In this document: positions 43,874 through 53,079 of the stretch, piece after piece
Numbering within the stretch: position 1 is the stretch's first letter
Layout: each line of letters opens with the position of its first letter
Sequence record: MW394391.1
Length of the DNA: 64,000 nucleotides
Direction: 5' to 3' (one strand)
Source of the DNA: Klebsiella phage vB_KpM_FBKp24
Notes under the pieces: generated by a model
What the model was told of the DNA's origin: nothing
Seen by the model: only the letters and a program-made list of their open reading frames with translations
The model's database searches: none
Translations under genes and position numbers: made by a program

Positions 43874-45868
43874 ATGTCTAATGATACTCAAAAAATTTCG
43901 GAATTAGGGAGTGCGACTAGCATCCCTGAGAACTCAATGGTCCCTATAGTGACGGCTCCTACCGAAACGAATCAGATCACTCTTTCTTCGTTGCGCTCAG
44001 TATTAAATTTCGAAAGTGCTTTTGATACTATCGAATTAGGATTGGCCGGAACAAAAAAGAACGAACCCTTCTTCGTTTACACTGATGATACGCGGTCGTT
44101 TGTTAACGGGTATATCAACCAAGGAGGTGACACTTTTGCATCGCTTCTCGATAAGGACGGTAAGCAAATCAATAATGTTGTTTACAGTAAAATCATTGGG
44201 AGCGTTTATCGTGGATTTGTTACCGGGCTCTGTCAGAACGCTGGGTTTGCAAACGATAACATTGTCGTCTTAAAGAAAGGGTTAGTGCTCTCGGGAATCA
44301 TGGTAGTCATCGACACTACTTCGCTCCGTTTTTATTTCAGCAACAATTCGACACTCACTGTTGACCATTGGACGCAGAGCGGCGATGACCTTGTGGCGAC
44401 GGATTCCTCAGGGAATAACGTTATACTAGTAGACGGTTGGTCACAGTTATTAACGGGCGGTACTCTCCCTGTTGACGTAAGAAGCGAGACTATTGATTTC
44501 TGGGAAAGAATTAAAACCAACGGGCAATTTGATCTGACAGCTAGGCCAAACGACCCGAAAGGAATTGCAGGTATCGTTTTTGGCGGTAAGAATAACAAAG
44601 GTGCGTTGGTTATTGACCAGCGAGGTCGTCTCCAAACCTATGCGATTAAAAATGGTGTCATGTCGGCGGCCAGAATGGCCATCCCTGTAACGGAACCTTA
44701 CGGTTATGGCACCGGGTCACGGTTAGGAAGTATCACTCGCTTCCCGGTCAGTGGCGCGGAAGACGATAGTCTCTCTTCTTCTATTATTTTTCTACCTCAA
44801 GCAGATGGATCGGCGAAAGCATATTTGGCGGGGCCAGGACTATATACAAACTTTGCTGCGCCTTTTCCTGATGCCGTAAAACGCGTAGCTAAAGAGATTG
44901 TTACAGCCGACCTTTTACCAAGTGCTTTATTGAATTCTTCTACAAACCCAACCGATTGGCTCAGCACAGAGTCTTGGGTTAAATTAGTGACGGTCAATGA
45001 CAATATTCAGGGTTCAGTATTCAGCGGTATTTATTCCGGTGGGGCGGGTTTATCAGAAGCTGTATGTGCTTACTTGATTGAGTTCCAATCGAAACCGTCG
45101 AACGTGACCACGGTCAACGCAAACACACTGCGCTACTACCTTAGAATTACGTCGCTCCGTTCTCGGGGAGATCTGCGTTACAACTCAGGAACGGTACGTT
45201 TTGGGGTGGTGCGAGATGCTACGGCTAATACTTCGACACTTTATGCGCGCTTAGCGGTTCGTTCTGAGAACTCTTCCCTTATCCCTTTGCGCGCTGATCC
45301 GCCTGGTTCCGATGGCGTCGCGAAAGTAACCATCAATACTGTATTAAACAGCTATGTTACGGTTGAGCCAGCCGGGATCGTATATCTTCCCGTTACGGAG
45401 TCGCTGACTACCAACGTCGCTGTTCAGCTCAATAATGGGACGTATGCTCAGACACGCGGAGCGGTGATTCGATTGACGAATAATCTTTCAGCCAACACCC
45501 GAGGATCCTTCGTTACCTCGGGGGAATTCGCCGCAAACGATACTTTATCTGCTATCAACCGGGGCTACGCCGGGCTAGGAGCAGTGACGGCTGCCCGAGT
45601 ATCAACAGGGAAATATACGATCACAGGAGCCTCTACAGGAACTTCCTCGGTTTCTTGGAAAATTACGTCACCATTTGGATCGTTTGGCTCCGGTATTCAG
45701 AATTTGGTGGCGGTAATCGAATCAGATGTTTCTAATGTCATTACCGTAGGCGTGAGAAAAATTCTTTATACCGCGGATACTACTACAGGCGCGGTCACGA
45801 CATCATTAGGGGATTATGTTGACATCCCAGTTGACACTTGGATCGATATTCATACTACGCTCAACTGA
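43874..45868 (+). CDS. tailspike protein L (664 aa) with N-terminal anchor domain
   Basis: start set to ATG 43874 (MSNDTQKISELGSAT...), AGGAAAACAAAT upstream; ORF-track start 43805 lies inside the terminator hairpin. Confidence 0.7.
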   Translation: MSNDTQKISELGSATSIPENSMVPIVTAPTETNQITLSSLRSVLNFESAFDTIELGLAGTKKNEPFFVYTDDTRSFVNGYINQGGDTFASLLDKDGKQINNVVYSKIIGSVYRGFVTGLCQNAGFANDNIVVLKKGLVLSGIMVVIDTTSLRFYFSNNSTLTVDHWTQSGDDLVATDSSGNNVILVDGWSQLLTGGTLPVDVRSETIDFWERIKTNGQFDLTARPNDPKGIAGIVFGGKNNKGALVIDQRGRLQTYAIKNGVMSAARMAIPVTEPYGYGTGSRLGSITRFPVSGAEDDSLSSSIIFLPQADGSAKAYLAGPGLYTNFAAPFPDAVKRVAKEIVTADLLPSALLNSSTNPTDWLSTESWVKLVTVNDNIQGSVFSGIYSGGAGLSEAVCAYLIEFQSKPSNVTTVNANTLRYYLRITSLRSRGDLRYNSGTVRFGVVRDATANTSTLYARLAVRSENSSLIPLRADPPGSDGVAKVTINTVLNSYVTVEPAGIVYLPVTESLTTNVAVQLNNGTYAQTRGAVIRLTNNLSANTRGSFVTSGEFAANDTLSAINRGYAGLGAVTAARVSTGKYTITGASTGTSSVSWKITSPFGSFGSGIQNLVAVIESDVSNVITVGVRKILYTADTTTGAVTTSLGDYVDIPVDTWIDIHTTLN

Positions 45869-45879
45869 TTGAGGTTTAA

Positions 45880-47541
45880 ATGAACTATTATTACATTGAT
45901 TCTTCCGCTACAGTTAACGGCGTTGGGACAAAAGGTAACCCCTTTAATTCGATTCAGTCAGCCATTGACGCCAACTTAACTCATCCTCTAACACTATACC
46001 TTAAAGCAGGTCAAACCTACGAACTAGCGTATTATAATCGTACCACTGCCAGTTTCTTTAACAATAAAACAGGCGTCCAGTCCGTCATTACTCGATACGG
46101 TACTGGTGCCAAGCCAATTCTCACCAGTAATAACGATACAATTATCATTGATGCGTACGCGTGCCAGATAAAATTTGAGAATATTCGCATTTCCCCAAAA
46201 CCAGGGTCAGAAAGAACCGCCATCTATCTTAACCTGATCCCGATAGGCGATAGTGCCAATAACAACATTTGTAACTTAACGCTAAACAAGGTTGATTTTA
46301 TTGGCACCCCTGAATCAATAGGGGGGATGAACGGGATTAACCGCGTGTTCTGTTTAAACAGTTTGGTCGATTATGCCGGTCTCAGTAATATTGCGCATAA
46401 ACTCTTAATCAGTAACTGTACATTTGACAACGTTAACGCTGGCGTTCAGTTGAGAGGTAACCCTGATCTCTCAGACAAAACGACCTATCACGGTGACCAG
46501 AAGAAAAGTTATGGTTTTAGAGTGATTAATTGCTCGTTTACGAATATCATTAACTCGGCGGTGTTCATCGGGTGGGCGGCAAGTAAAAATCAATCGAGAG
46601 ATGTCATTGGTGATGATATGGCGACAGGTGTAGACGGTTTGTACTATTCCAGTTACCGTTACAACGTCTACAATACATCAACGGGTGCGTCTCAAGCAGA
46701 CGTCCCAGTCTGGTTCTCTGGAACGCGTTATCTGACATTACAGAATTTCGAAATTCATGGCGCCGGCCCGGCTTACCCCGACCGTCAAACCATTGACTTT
46801 GATTATCATTGTCACTATTGCGTGGCGCGTTACGGGTACACCTCAAACAACGCACGTGGTTCAATGATTATCCAAGGACCTTTCAGTAACAGCTGGTACA
46901 GTTCTAAAGGATACACACCATTGTCCAATGATGCGTATACTTTGTACTATACGCTTGGTTTTGGGTCGATTGGCAACGTCATTGAATACGTTATTTCTTT
47001 CAACGACGGGGTAGGGAGAACGACCAGTACTGCTGATAAATATTGGCAGAAAACTTCTGCGTTCCGATACGTTTATGATAACGTAGTGCGTAACTGTGTC
47101 TTTATTGATACCGTGACCACGGCGAACGATAACGTGATTGCCATTAACCCACAGACAGACGACAGTTTAACTGCGCTGAGCCTGACTTTGGACAGTAACA
47201 TTTTCTACTATGCTAACAAGACCGCCACGGAATTAGTCACTCCTGCTTCGATGACTAACTTCCCGACCATGATGTCTAAATTCAAATTGAAAAATAATAT
47301 TTTCTTTTCTGAAAAATGGGCAGGTGCAACGCCGACTTCAACGGGACTGATCGAAGAAGGGAATCTCTTTACTAACCCTGCTTTTTTACAAGGGTTGTCG
47401 AACAGTTCTTTTGCGGGCTTGAAAGAAGCGTTGTTGGCTATCAAATTGAAAATGACTAGTCCTTGTATTGGGAGTGGCTCATCAAACAATAACCCAGACT
47501 TTATCGGTAAAGTTGGGAACAACATCGGATCAATTCAATAA
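45880..47541 (+). CDS. beta-helix (pectate-lyase-like) depolymerase-type protein M (553 aa) without anchor domain
   Basis: N-terminus MNYYYIDSSATVNGVGTKGNPFNSIQSAID; NCTFDNVNAGVQLRGN, INCSFTNIINSAVFIG parallel beta-helix rungs; 11-nt gap after L. Confidence 0.65.
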   Translation: MNYYYIDSSATVNGVGTKGNPFNSIQSAIDANLTHPLTLYLKAGQTYELAYYNRTTASFFNNKTGVQSVITRYGTGAKPILTSNNDTIIIDAYACQIKFENIRISPKPGSERTAIYLNLIPIGDSANNNICNLTLNKVDFIGTPESIGGMNGINRVFCLNSLVDYAGLSNIAHKLLISNCTFDNVNAGVQLRGNPDLSDKTTYHGDQKKSYGFRVINCSFTNIINSAVFIGWAASKNQSRDVIGDDMATGVDGLYYSSYRYNVYNTSTGASQADVPVWFSGTRYLTLQNFEIHGAGPAYPDRQTIDFDYHCHYCVARYGYTSNNARGSMIIQGPFSNSWYSSKGYTPLSNDAYTLYYTLGFGSIGNVIEYVISFNDGVGRTTSTADKYWQKTSAFRYVYDNVVRNCVFIDTVTTANDNVIAINPQTDDSLTALSLTLDSNIFYYANKTATELVTPASMTNFPTMMSKFKLKNNIFFSEKWAGATPTSTGLIEEGNLFTNPAFLQGLSNSSFAGLKEALLAIKLKMTSPCIGSGSSNNNPDFIGKVGNNIGSIQ

Positions 47542-47553
47542 CGCACCAAACAC

Positions 47554-47581
47554 AGACAGAGGGGCATGAGCCCCTCTGTCT
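47554..47581. terminator. bidirectional terminator hairpin agacagaggggc-atga-gcccctctgtct between convergent genes
   Basis: 12-bp perfect stem. Confidence 0.65.
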
Positions 47582-47592
47582 GTTTATATCTT

Positions 47593-48159
47593 TTATTCGT
47601 CGGCTTGTTCAACCAGAATGAATTTGCTGTCTTCGGTATTAATCGCTTTACCGCTCTCAGTAAGCAGTGAACCGCGAGGAATTTTGCTACCGCCACTACA
47701 GGTAACATCCAGATTACCAGACCAAACATGGCTGTTATAAGTTGTACCGGCTTTAGTCTGAATCGTCACCACCGCCGTTTCACCGGTCGGAATGAACGGT
47801 AAATAATCTGACGCATTAGCGATATCTTCAACGTCGATGTACAGGCTGTATTTTGCCTTGATCAGCGGTAAAAGATCCGCAATCGTCGACGCGGTCTCTG
47901 GTAGCACAAGAGTCGGGCCGACGGATGACATCAGTTTGTTCAGTTCGATGCGAGTGTAGGTAAAGGTCTTGCTACCCGTCACCGGGGAACGGCCTGTAAC
48001 GAGTACAGAGATACGATCTTCGGTACCCGGTACAGTTGAACCGGTGATGTTACCGAAGCTCAGATAACTCGCGTTAAGCGGCGTGGTGAGGTTATTCTGC
48101 TGACTGATCAGATCAGCGAGAATCTCAAATTTGGGACGACCGAATAAATCGACGTACAT
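47593..48159 (-). CDS. hypothetical (possibly structural) protein, 188 aa
   Basis: start set to ATG 48159 (GGAG RBS); ORF-track start 48204 is GTG. Confidence 0.45.
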   Translation of the reverse strand: MYVDLFGRPKFEILADLISQQNNLTTPLNASYLSFGNITGSTVPGTEDRISVLVTGRSPVTGSKTFTYTRIELNKLMSSVGPTLVLPETASTIADLLPLIKAKYSLYIDVEDIANASDYLPFIPTGETAVVTIQTKAGTTYNSHVWSGNLDVTCSGGSKIPRGSLLTESGKAINTEDSKFILVEQADE

Positions 48160-48209
48160 GGGGTATACTCCATCTGATAATTGTAAGCTTACACAATAAT
48201 GCACGCTGC

Positions 48210-48617
48210 CTACCAGACAGGTTCCCCACGATCAATGAAACGAATCCTCTCTTTCTTACAGAGTTTCGCTAGAATATCCTTGAGTAAGTGGCGGTGACAA
48301 AAACAATCGTGTCCGCAATAACAAGCCAAACAAATACGCCCTTGGTTGATCAACCATATCCAGGGTTCAGGATCTCTCTTAAATCGTTCGCGAGTTAATT
48401 TATAGTATATCTCGACGTATTCCGCTTGATTCACAATTCCTTGTTTATACGGCCAGAGGAGTTCGGGTGTTGGGGCAAATATTTTCTCACCTGACTTTAG
48501 CGTGGTGTCAACAAATAAAATATCTAATCCTTCCCATTTCCGCCAATCAGGGATTCTCCCAGTCCAAACCTCTAGCTGTTTAAAATCATGAAACATTTTT
48601 CCTCCAAATTGAAGCAA
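48210..48617 (-). CDS. hypothetical Cys/His-rich protein (135 aa; CLACYCGHDCFCHRH motif)
   Basis: possible metal-binding cluster CxCxxHxCxCHxH. Confidence 0.45.
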   Translation of the reverse strand: MLQFGGKMFHDFKQLEVWTGRIPDWRKWEGLDILFVDTTLKSGEKIFAPTPELLWPYKQGIVNQAEYVEIYYKLTRERFKRDPEPWIWLINQGRICLACYCGHDCFCHRHLLKDILAKLCKKERIRFIDRGEPVW

Positions 48618-48659
48618 AAAAAAAACAGTTTACGGATCCTTTTCCCTAGACCCGAAGGT

Positions 48660-49184
48660 CTAGGAATTGTTGATATCAAGCCACAAAAGAAAACGTTTGA
48701 TTTTTTTATCAGCGTTATGATCAAGCGGGTAATCGTCCTTGTAGGTATCGCTGAGTCTAACCTCGAAGAAATCAGGGTCTCTACCTAGCGGATAAAGGAA
48801 ATGTAAAACATACCGCTGTTTGCCATAAGCATCAAGAAACGTCCAGAGCGCAAATCGTTGGAAAGGGTATTCAGTCACCGTCAATTGTAATTTATCAAGT
48901 AGGCGATAGAGTTCCTTAATCCCAATATCTAAGGCTTCGATGGAGATTACTTGAATGGGGACTTCTAATTGAGACGAAAACTTAAACCCTCTGGTTCGAT
49001 ATTCTTTAATCGGCATGTTTAAATAATCTTTGAGTAATTTCCTGGCGTGTCTCTTATACCAGATATCAGGATGCCACTGACTTGGATCACTCATGAGTTT
49101 ACCGAATTCAAGGTGTTCTATTTCATAAGCCGCGAGTTTTTCTACTGCGATAAAAAACTCTTTCTTGCTGACACTGAGTCGCAT
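48660..49184 (-). CDS. hypothetical protein (174 aa)
   Basis: ORF track. Confidence 0.5.
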   Translation of the reverse strand: MRLSVSKKEFFIAVEKLAAYEIEHLEFGKLMSDPSQWHPDIWYKRHARKLLKDYLNMPIKEYRTRGFKFSSQLEVPIQVISIEALDIGIKELYRLLDKLQLTVTEYPFQRFALWTFLDAYGKQRYVLHFLYPLGRDPDFFEVRLSDTYKDDYPLDHNADKKIKRFLLWLDINNS

Positions 49185-49238
49185 TGACGCTCTCCTTAAA
49201 ATAAAAAAGGAGAGGAGCCAATGCCCCTCTCACTGTAT

Positions 49239-49799
49239 TTACGCCCGCAGGCTCTTAGCCCATTCATCATTGATACCGGCAGCCTGCGCCGTTTTACGGT
49301 TGACGTATTCGGTCATATCCGGATCGTGACGAGTCACGAGGAAATGAAGCGCACGAATACCACCCAACCAGAAGTCAGTGTCCAGGAATTTATATTCACA
49401 CGCCGGGTGAATAACAACGAATTCCCAGCACTCGTGCTCGTCGCCTTCAGCGGTGGTGATATTACGGTATTGAACTTGACCGCTGACGTCGTTCAAATAA
49501 CGCTCTACGGCTACTTGCGATAAGGCATGGCCAGTGGGCACTTCAAAACCCAGGCCGAGGAACAGCGAATGCGTCAGGCTCATTTTGGCGATACGGTCGA
49601 CGTACTCTTCATGCAGCTCCAGGATCTTTTCTTTCGGCAGAGGCGCTTCGCCGTCTTTCATAGTTTCCGGATAGGTAGCGTCCACCGGAACGAAGTCCTC
49701 ATTCTTGAAATCATTCAGGAGCTCTTGACTTACTTCTGCACCAATACTTTTTGCCGCGGCGACTGCTTCGTTTACAATGGTGTTTTCCATGCTACTCAA
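49239..49799 (-). CDS. hypothetical acidic protein (186 aa)
   Basis: ORF track. Confidence 0.5.
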   Translation of the reverse strand: MSSMENTIVNEAVAAAKSIGAEVSQELLNDFKNEDFVPVDATYPETMKDGEAPLPKEKILELHEEYVDRIAKMSLTHSLFLGLGFEVPTGHALSQVAVERYLNDVSGQVQYRNITTAEGDEHECWEFVVIHPACEYKFLDTDFWLGGIRALHFLVTRHDPDMTEYVNRKTAQAAGINDEWAKSLRA

Positions 49800-49820
49800 T
49801 ACCTAATTTTGATAAAAGAA

Positions 49821-49844
49821 AAAAGCGGGGAAATCCCCGCTTTT
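49821..49844 (-). terminator. hairpin aaaagcgggg-aaat-ccccgctttt
   Basis: 10-bp stem with A/T flanks. Confidence 0.55.
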
Positions 49845-49882
49845 GTTTTACGGTTACTTAAGAATACTGCGTCGATTATTTA

Positions 49883-50344
49883 TTAATCGAACAGCTCTTT
49901 AGTTTTGCTGTAAATTTCGCGACGGACCAGCTCGTGGTCGGCGTGCTCTTTACGACGATACGCGATAGTGACGGACGGATCTTTCATAGTGCCATCGGCC
50001 TTTTTGCCGGTCGGCGGCGTGTAGTTGGCAGCAATGCCAGTTTCGCCGGTGCGGATGATACCCCAGACGCGTTTGTTATCGCGGTGCTCTTTCAGATGTT
50101 CGATCGCTTTCGGGCCGATGTTGTGCAGCACGGCGGTCGCGTACAGACTTTCGTAACGCTGGACAGCTTCGATGCTGTCTTTGATTTCAGCCGGCGCATT
50201 TTCCATGAAGGTGTCAACACCTTCTTTTTGGGAGATAGTGCCGTGTTCGGTGATAAACAGGTTATCGCCAATTTTACCGGAGAGGTCGATAACCTCTTTG
50301 GAGATTTCAGCAACGACTTCTTTCTTTTCTTTTACTTCAGACAT
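49883..50344 (-). CDS. hypothetical protein (153 aa)
   Basis: ORF track; GAGGA RBS. Confidence 0.5.
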   Translation of the reverse strand: MSEVKEKKEVVAEISKEVIDLSGKIGDNLFITEHGTISQKEGVDTFMENAPAEIKDSIEAVQRYESLYATAVLHNIGPKAIEHLKEHRDNKRVWGIIRTGETGIAANYTPPTGKKADGTMKDPSVTIAYRRKEHADHELVRREIYSKTKELFD

Positions 50345-50504
50345 GTGTACATCCTCAATTGAGTGTTTTTTCGATGAGATAAAATAACTGCAGTTTTTAC
50401 TACTTCACTGTCGACTGACGATCAACCCAGAGCGACGGAATGATTTAACTTTACAGACAGAAGAGTTTGATTCGTATCAGAGTGACTACTTAGCTTAAGA
50501 TACA

Positions 50505-51155
50505 TTAATCAAACTCCGGGTATTTTGTTAGTATATTCTCAACAACACGGAGATCTTTATAGAGATCGACCGGAGCAGGTAGTTGTTCATTGGAGTCGAG
50601 AATATCTTCGTAATTAGCCGAGATAGTATACTGAAGAAAAATCTCTTTCAAATGTTTCTTCACCATTTCGCTACCTATCCGTAAGGTACTTACGGAGTAG
50701 AATAACTTCATCACATCCAAGTAAATAAATTTAAACTGTCGGGGTGAGTTGTCAAAGATTGCTGAGTCTGCGACATCGATTAATAACTCTTTAGCGTCAG
50801 ACGCCTTTTTCAGTATTGTTTCACGTAAGAGTTTTTCATCCACCTCTTCCGGTATTTGCGTTTCAACCATTTCGCGAAGAATAGAAAAAACCGGTGCGAG
50901 TTTAAAGATTAACGAAAGATCCTTTTTGTCTTTATCATACGCTATCAGCGGGACAGTGACCCTTTCGTCGGTCATGAGATTATATTCAGTGTATTGAAAA
51001 TAATCTCCTAGGGGGTCTTGTATTTCCAAAATAGCGGTATGTAGCAGTTCGGAGAAAATCACATTCTGGTTCTTAACACTGGTTTCTATCAGCGCCTCGA
51101 TGACGGCAATTTTTTCTAGCAGGGTTTCGCGGTCAATGATTTTTTCACCAAACAT
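50505..51155 (-). CDS. hypothetical protein (216 aa)
   Basis: ORF track; AAGGAG RBS. Confidence 0.5.
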   Translation of the reverse strand: MFGEKIIDRETLLEKIAVIEALIETSVKNQNVIFSELLHTAILEIQDPLGDYFQYTEYNLMTDERVTVPLIAYDKDKKDLSLIFKLAPVFSILREMVETQIPEEVDEKLLRETILKKASDAKELLIDVADSAIFDNSPRQFKFIYLDVMKLFYSVSTLRIGSEMVKKHLKEIFLQYTISANYEDILDSNEQLPAPVDLYKDLRVVENILTKYPEFD

Positions 51156-51207
51156 ATTTTATCTCCTTTAGATTAAGAGGGAAAGTTTTTCTTTCCCTTG
51201 TACACTA

Positions 51208-51227
51208 AAGTGATATATATCTTAAAT
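51208..51227 (-). promoter_or_regulatory. candidate early-type promoter motif (coding strand ATTTAAGATATATATCACTT)
   Basis: fifth instance of TATATCAC motif, ~55 nt upstream of ATG 51155. Confidence 0.3.
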
Positions 51228-51958
51228 TAGTTTGAAACGGCTCCGAGACACTCAAAGAGATAACCCGACATGAATTCTGCCGATGACGGATTGGTGTATT
51301 GACCGCCGACATTATCCGAACGACGAATGGCAGAATAAATGTCAGCGAAGGCGGTAGCTTTTGCATCGTCAAATACGACCTTCAGAAGCCCTCTACGGGT
51401 CGCAGCATAAAAGTCAGCCGCTTCTACTGCCTCAGCGACAAAATCGCTGACAAAGCTTTCTTGGTCGTTATATTGGTCAACTACCAGCGGATGTGCATTT
51501 TTCAACAGGACGTAAAACTCCCTGCCGATGGAACTCATTATTTCCGTGCGCTGATCGACTTGAGTTTGAAATGACTTATACAGTTCGTTACTGTACGAGG
51601 TCACCCAGTTGGTACCGATCTGCCGAGCCTCTTCACGGAACTTGGTTTCTGGGCTGAGGTAATACCCGATCCCTTCGGTCAACGTCAAGTAGCTCAACGC
51701 ATTGGGTTGATTAAAGTCAACGTTCAAGTGAAGAACGTTACCTTCTACTCTATAAGTCTGAACGTCAGGGTCGCTGACAATCGAAATGTCTTCCAGTTGG
51801 TATTTCTCACTGATTGCGTGCATTGCATAAACAAACACTTGACCAGGAGTAAAAATCCCTTCGATCGTTTCTTTCACAGTTTGTGCTAATGCGATATTGA
51901 ATTGATTCGCATTTGAGTTAATGCCTTTCAGACCGTTTAACAGGCTGGATGCTTGCAT
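51227..51958 (-). CDS. hypothetical protein (243 aa)
   Basis: ORF track. Confidence 0.5.
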   Translation of the reverse strand: MQASSLLNGLKGINSNANQFNIALAQTVKETIEGIFTPGQVFVYAMHAISEKYQLEDISIVSDPDVQTYRVEGNVLHLNVDFNQPNALSYLTLTEGIGYYLSPETKFREEARQIGTNWVTSYSNELYKSFQTQVDQRTEIMSSIGREFYVLLKNAHPLVVDQYNDQESFVSDFVAEAVEAADFYAATRRGLLKVVFDDAKATAFADIYSAIRRSDNVGGQYTNPSSAEFMSGYLFECLGAVSN

Positions 51959-52052
51959 CGTGGTATTCCTCTGCGGGCGGAGTGAGTATCTTTACATATT
52001 AGAAAACGCACTGTAAAGTTTAAAAGATTACGTACTGCTAGTTATAGAGCAT

Positions 52053-52078
52053 AGAGAGAGGGGTAAAACCCCTCTCTC
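52053..52078 (-). terminator. hairpin agagagagggg-taaaa-cccctctctc
   Basis: 10-11 bp stem, GAGAGGGG family. Confidence 0.5.
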
Positions 52079-52084
52079 CTTTGG

Positions 52085-52246
52085 TTAGTGTCGTTGCTTT
52101 TCGTCGGTGACTGTCGGGAGGTTTACTCCTTTATACTTGCATTCTTTAAAGACATTACGCAAGAATCGCTGACGTGTCTCTTCACGTTGTTTTTCAACGC
52201 GTTCATCGCCAGGGTATCTGGCAATATAGCATGGACGTTTAACCAT
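52085..52246 (-). CDS. candidate small basic protein (53 aa; MVKRPCYIARYPGDERVEKQREETRQRFLRNVFKECKYKGVNLPTVTDEKQRH)
   Basis: AAAGGTGA RBS 4 nt before ATG 52246; below ORF-track size cutoff. Confidence 0.3.
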   Translation of the reverse strand: MVKRPCYIARYPGDERVEKQREETRQRFLRNVFKECKYKGVNLPTVTDEKQRH

Positions 52247-52284
52247 AGTTTCACCTTTAGTTTTCGTGGGCTTTACCGGCCCGG

Positions 52285-52974
52285 TTAGACTGTGGGGTTA
52301 CTTTTGTTCGCTATCCACTGACTTGTAAGTGTTTTGAGTGCATTGCCGTTGTCGACATACGTACTCAAATTACTGTTGTCAGTGTATACTACATTACGGT
52401 CCTCGCTATTGGTAGTAGCGGAGACAATGACTAAATTTCCCTTGACCAATGGATTGGCCGTCAAAATAGTACGAAGCGTGTAACCCACGATTTCGATAAG
52501 ATCAGACAACTGCTTGTAACGGTACTGTCCATCATTGGTCGTGTCCTCTTCGTAATCTTTACGGAAGGATTCGAATAAATAGTAACCTACCCATAACGGT
52601 GCCACCGCATAGATACTCGGATTGAAAACGTTATCAATCCGTGGCAGGAGACTATACTGATACAGCGTCGTCACGCCATAACCCAGATTTGCCAGTGTGT
52701 TAAGAACATAGTTATCTGGGAGGGCGTTGATCTTGGCTTCAATACCCGAAGCGCTATTCGGGAGTGCAACCTTTAAATGCGCAATAAGTTTTGCACGAAT
52801 ATCGGTTTCACGTAAATTGATTGGCCAAGATAAAAGTGGGACCTGTTTAAACGGTTTGTTGACACCTGCGAAATCCCCAACGACAGGGGTGACTACCCAA
52901 GGCGTTAAAAGATTGACCGATTGGACAATCGCAGGTAAAGTACTGTCATCGTAAATTCCAACGGATGTCGGCAT
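52285..52974 (-). CDS. hypothetical (likely virion/tail) protein (229 aa)
   Basis: preceded by hairpin and TATG-containing late-type motif. Confidence 0.5.
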   Translation of the reverse strand: MPTSVGIYDDSTLPAIVQSVNLLTPWVVTPVVGDFAGVNKPFKQVPLLSWPINLRETDIRAKLIAHLKVALPNSASGIEAKINALPDNYVLNTLANLGYGVTTLYQYSLLPRIDNVFNPSIYAVAPLWVGYYLFESFRKDYEEDTTNDGQYRYKQLSDLIEIVGYTLRTILTANPLVKGNLVIVSATTNSEDRNVVYTDNSNLSTYVDNGNALKTLTSQWIANKSNPTV

Positions 52975-53023
52975 TACATTCCCCTCTTCGTAATAAATAT
53001 AACTTATATTAAATCGGATTTAA

Positions 53024-53043
53024 CCGTTACATAGAGTAACAAG
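53024..53043 (-). promoter_or_regulatory. candidate late-type promoter motif (coding strand CTTGTTACTCTATGTAACGG)
   Basis: TTGTTnC..TATG.AAC similar to tailspike-gene motifs, ~50 nt upstream of ATG 52974. Confidence 0.3.
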
Positions 53044-53050
53044 ATAAAAT

Positions 53051-53078
53051 AAAAAGAGGAGCAAATGCTCCTCTTTTT
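53051..53078 (-). terminator. terminator hairpin aaaaagaggagc-aaat-gctcctcttttt
   Basis: 12-bp stem with A/T runs both sides. Confidence 0.6.
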
Positions 53079-53079
53079 A

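Noticed and set aside
52088-52288. 66-aa plus-strand ORF
   Set aside because: Antisense to a minus-strand small ORF that has a strong RBS (52085-52246); no RBS of its own.
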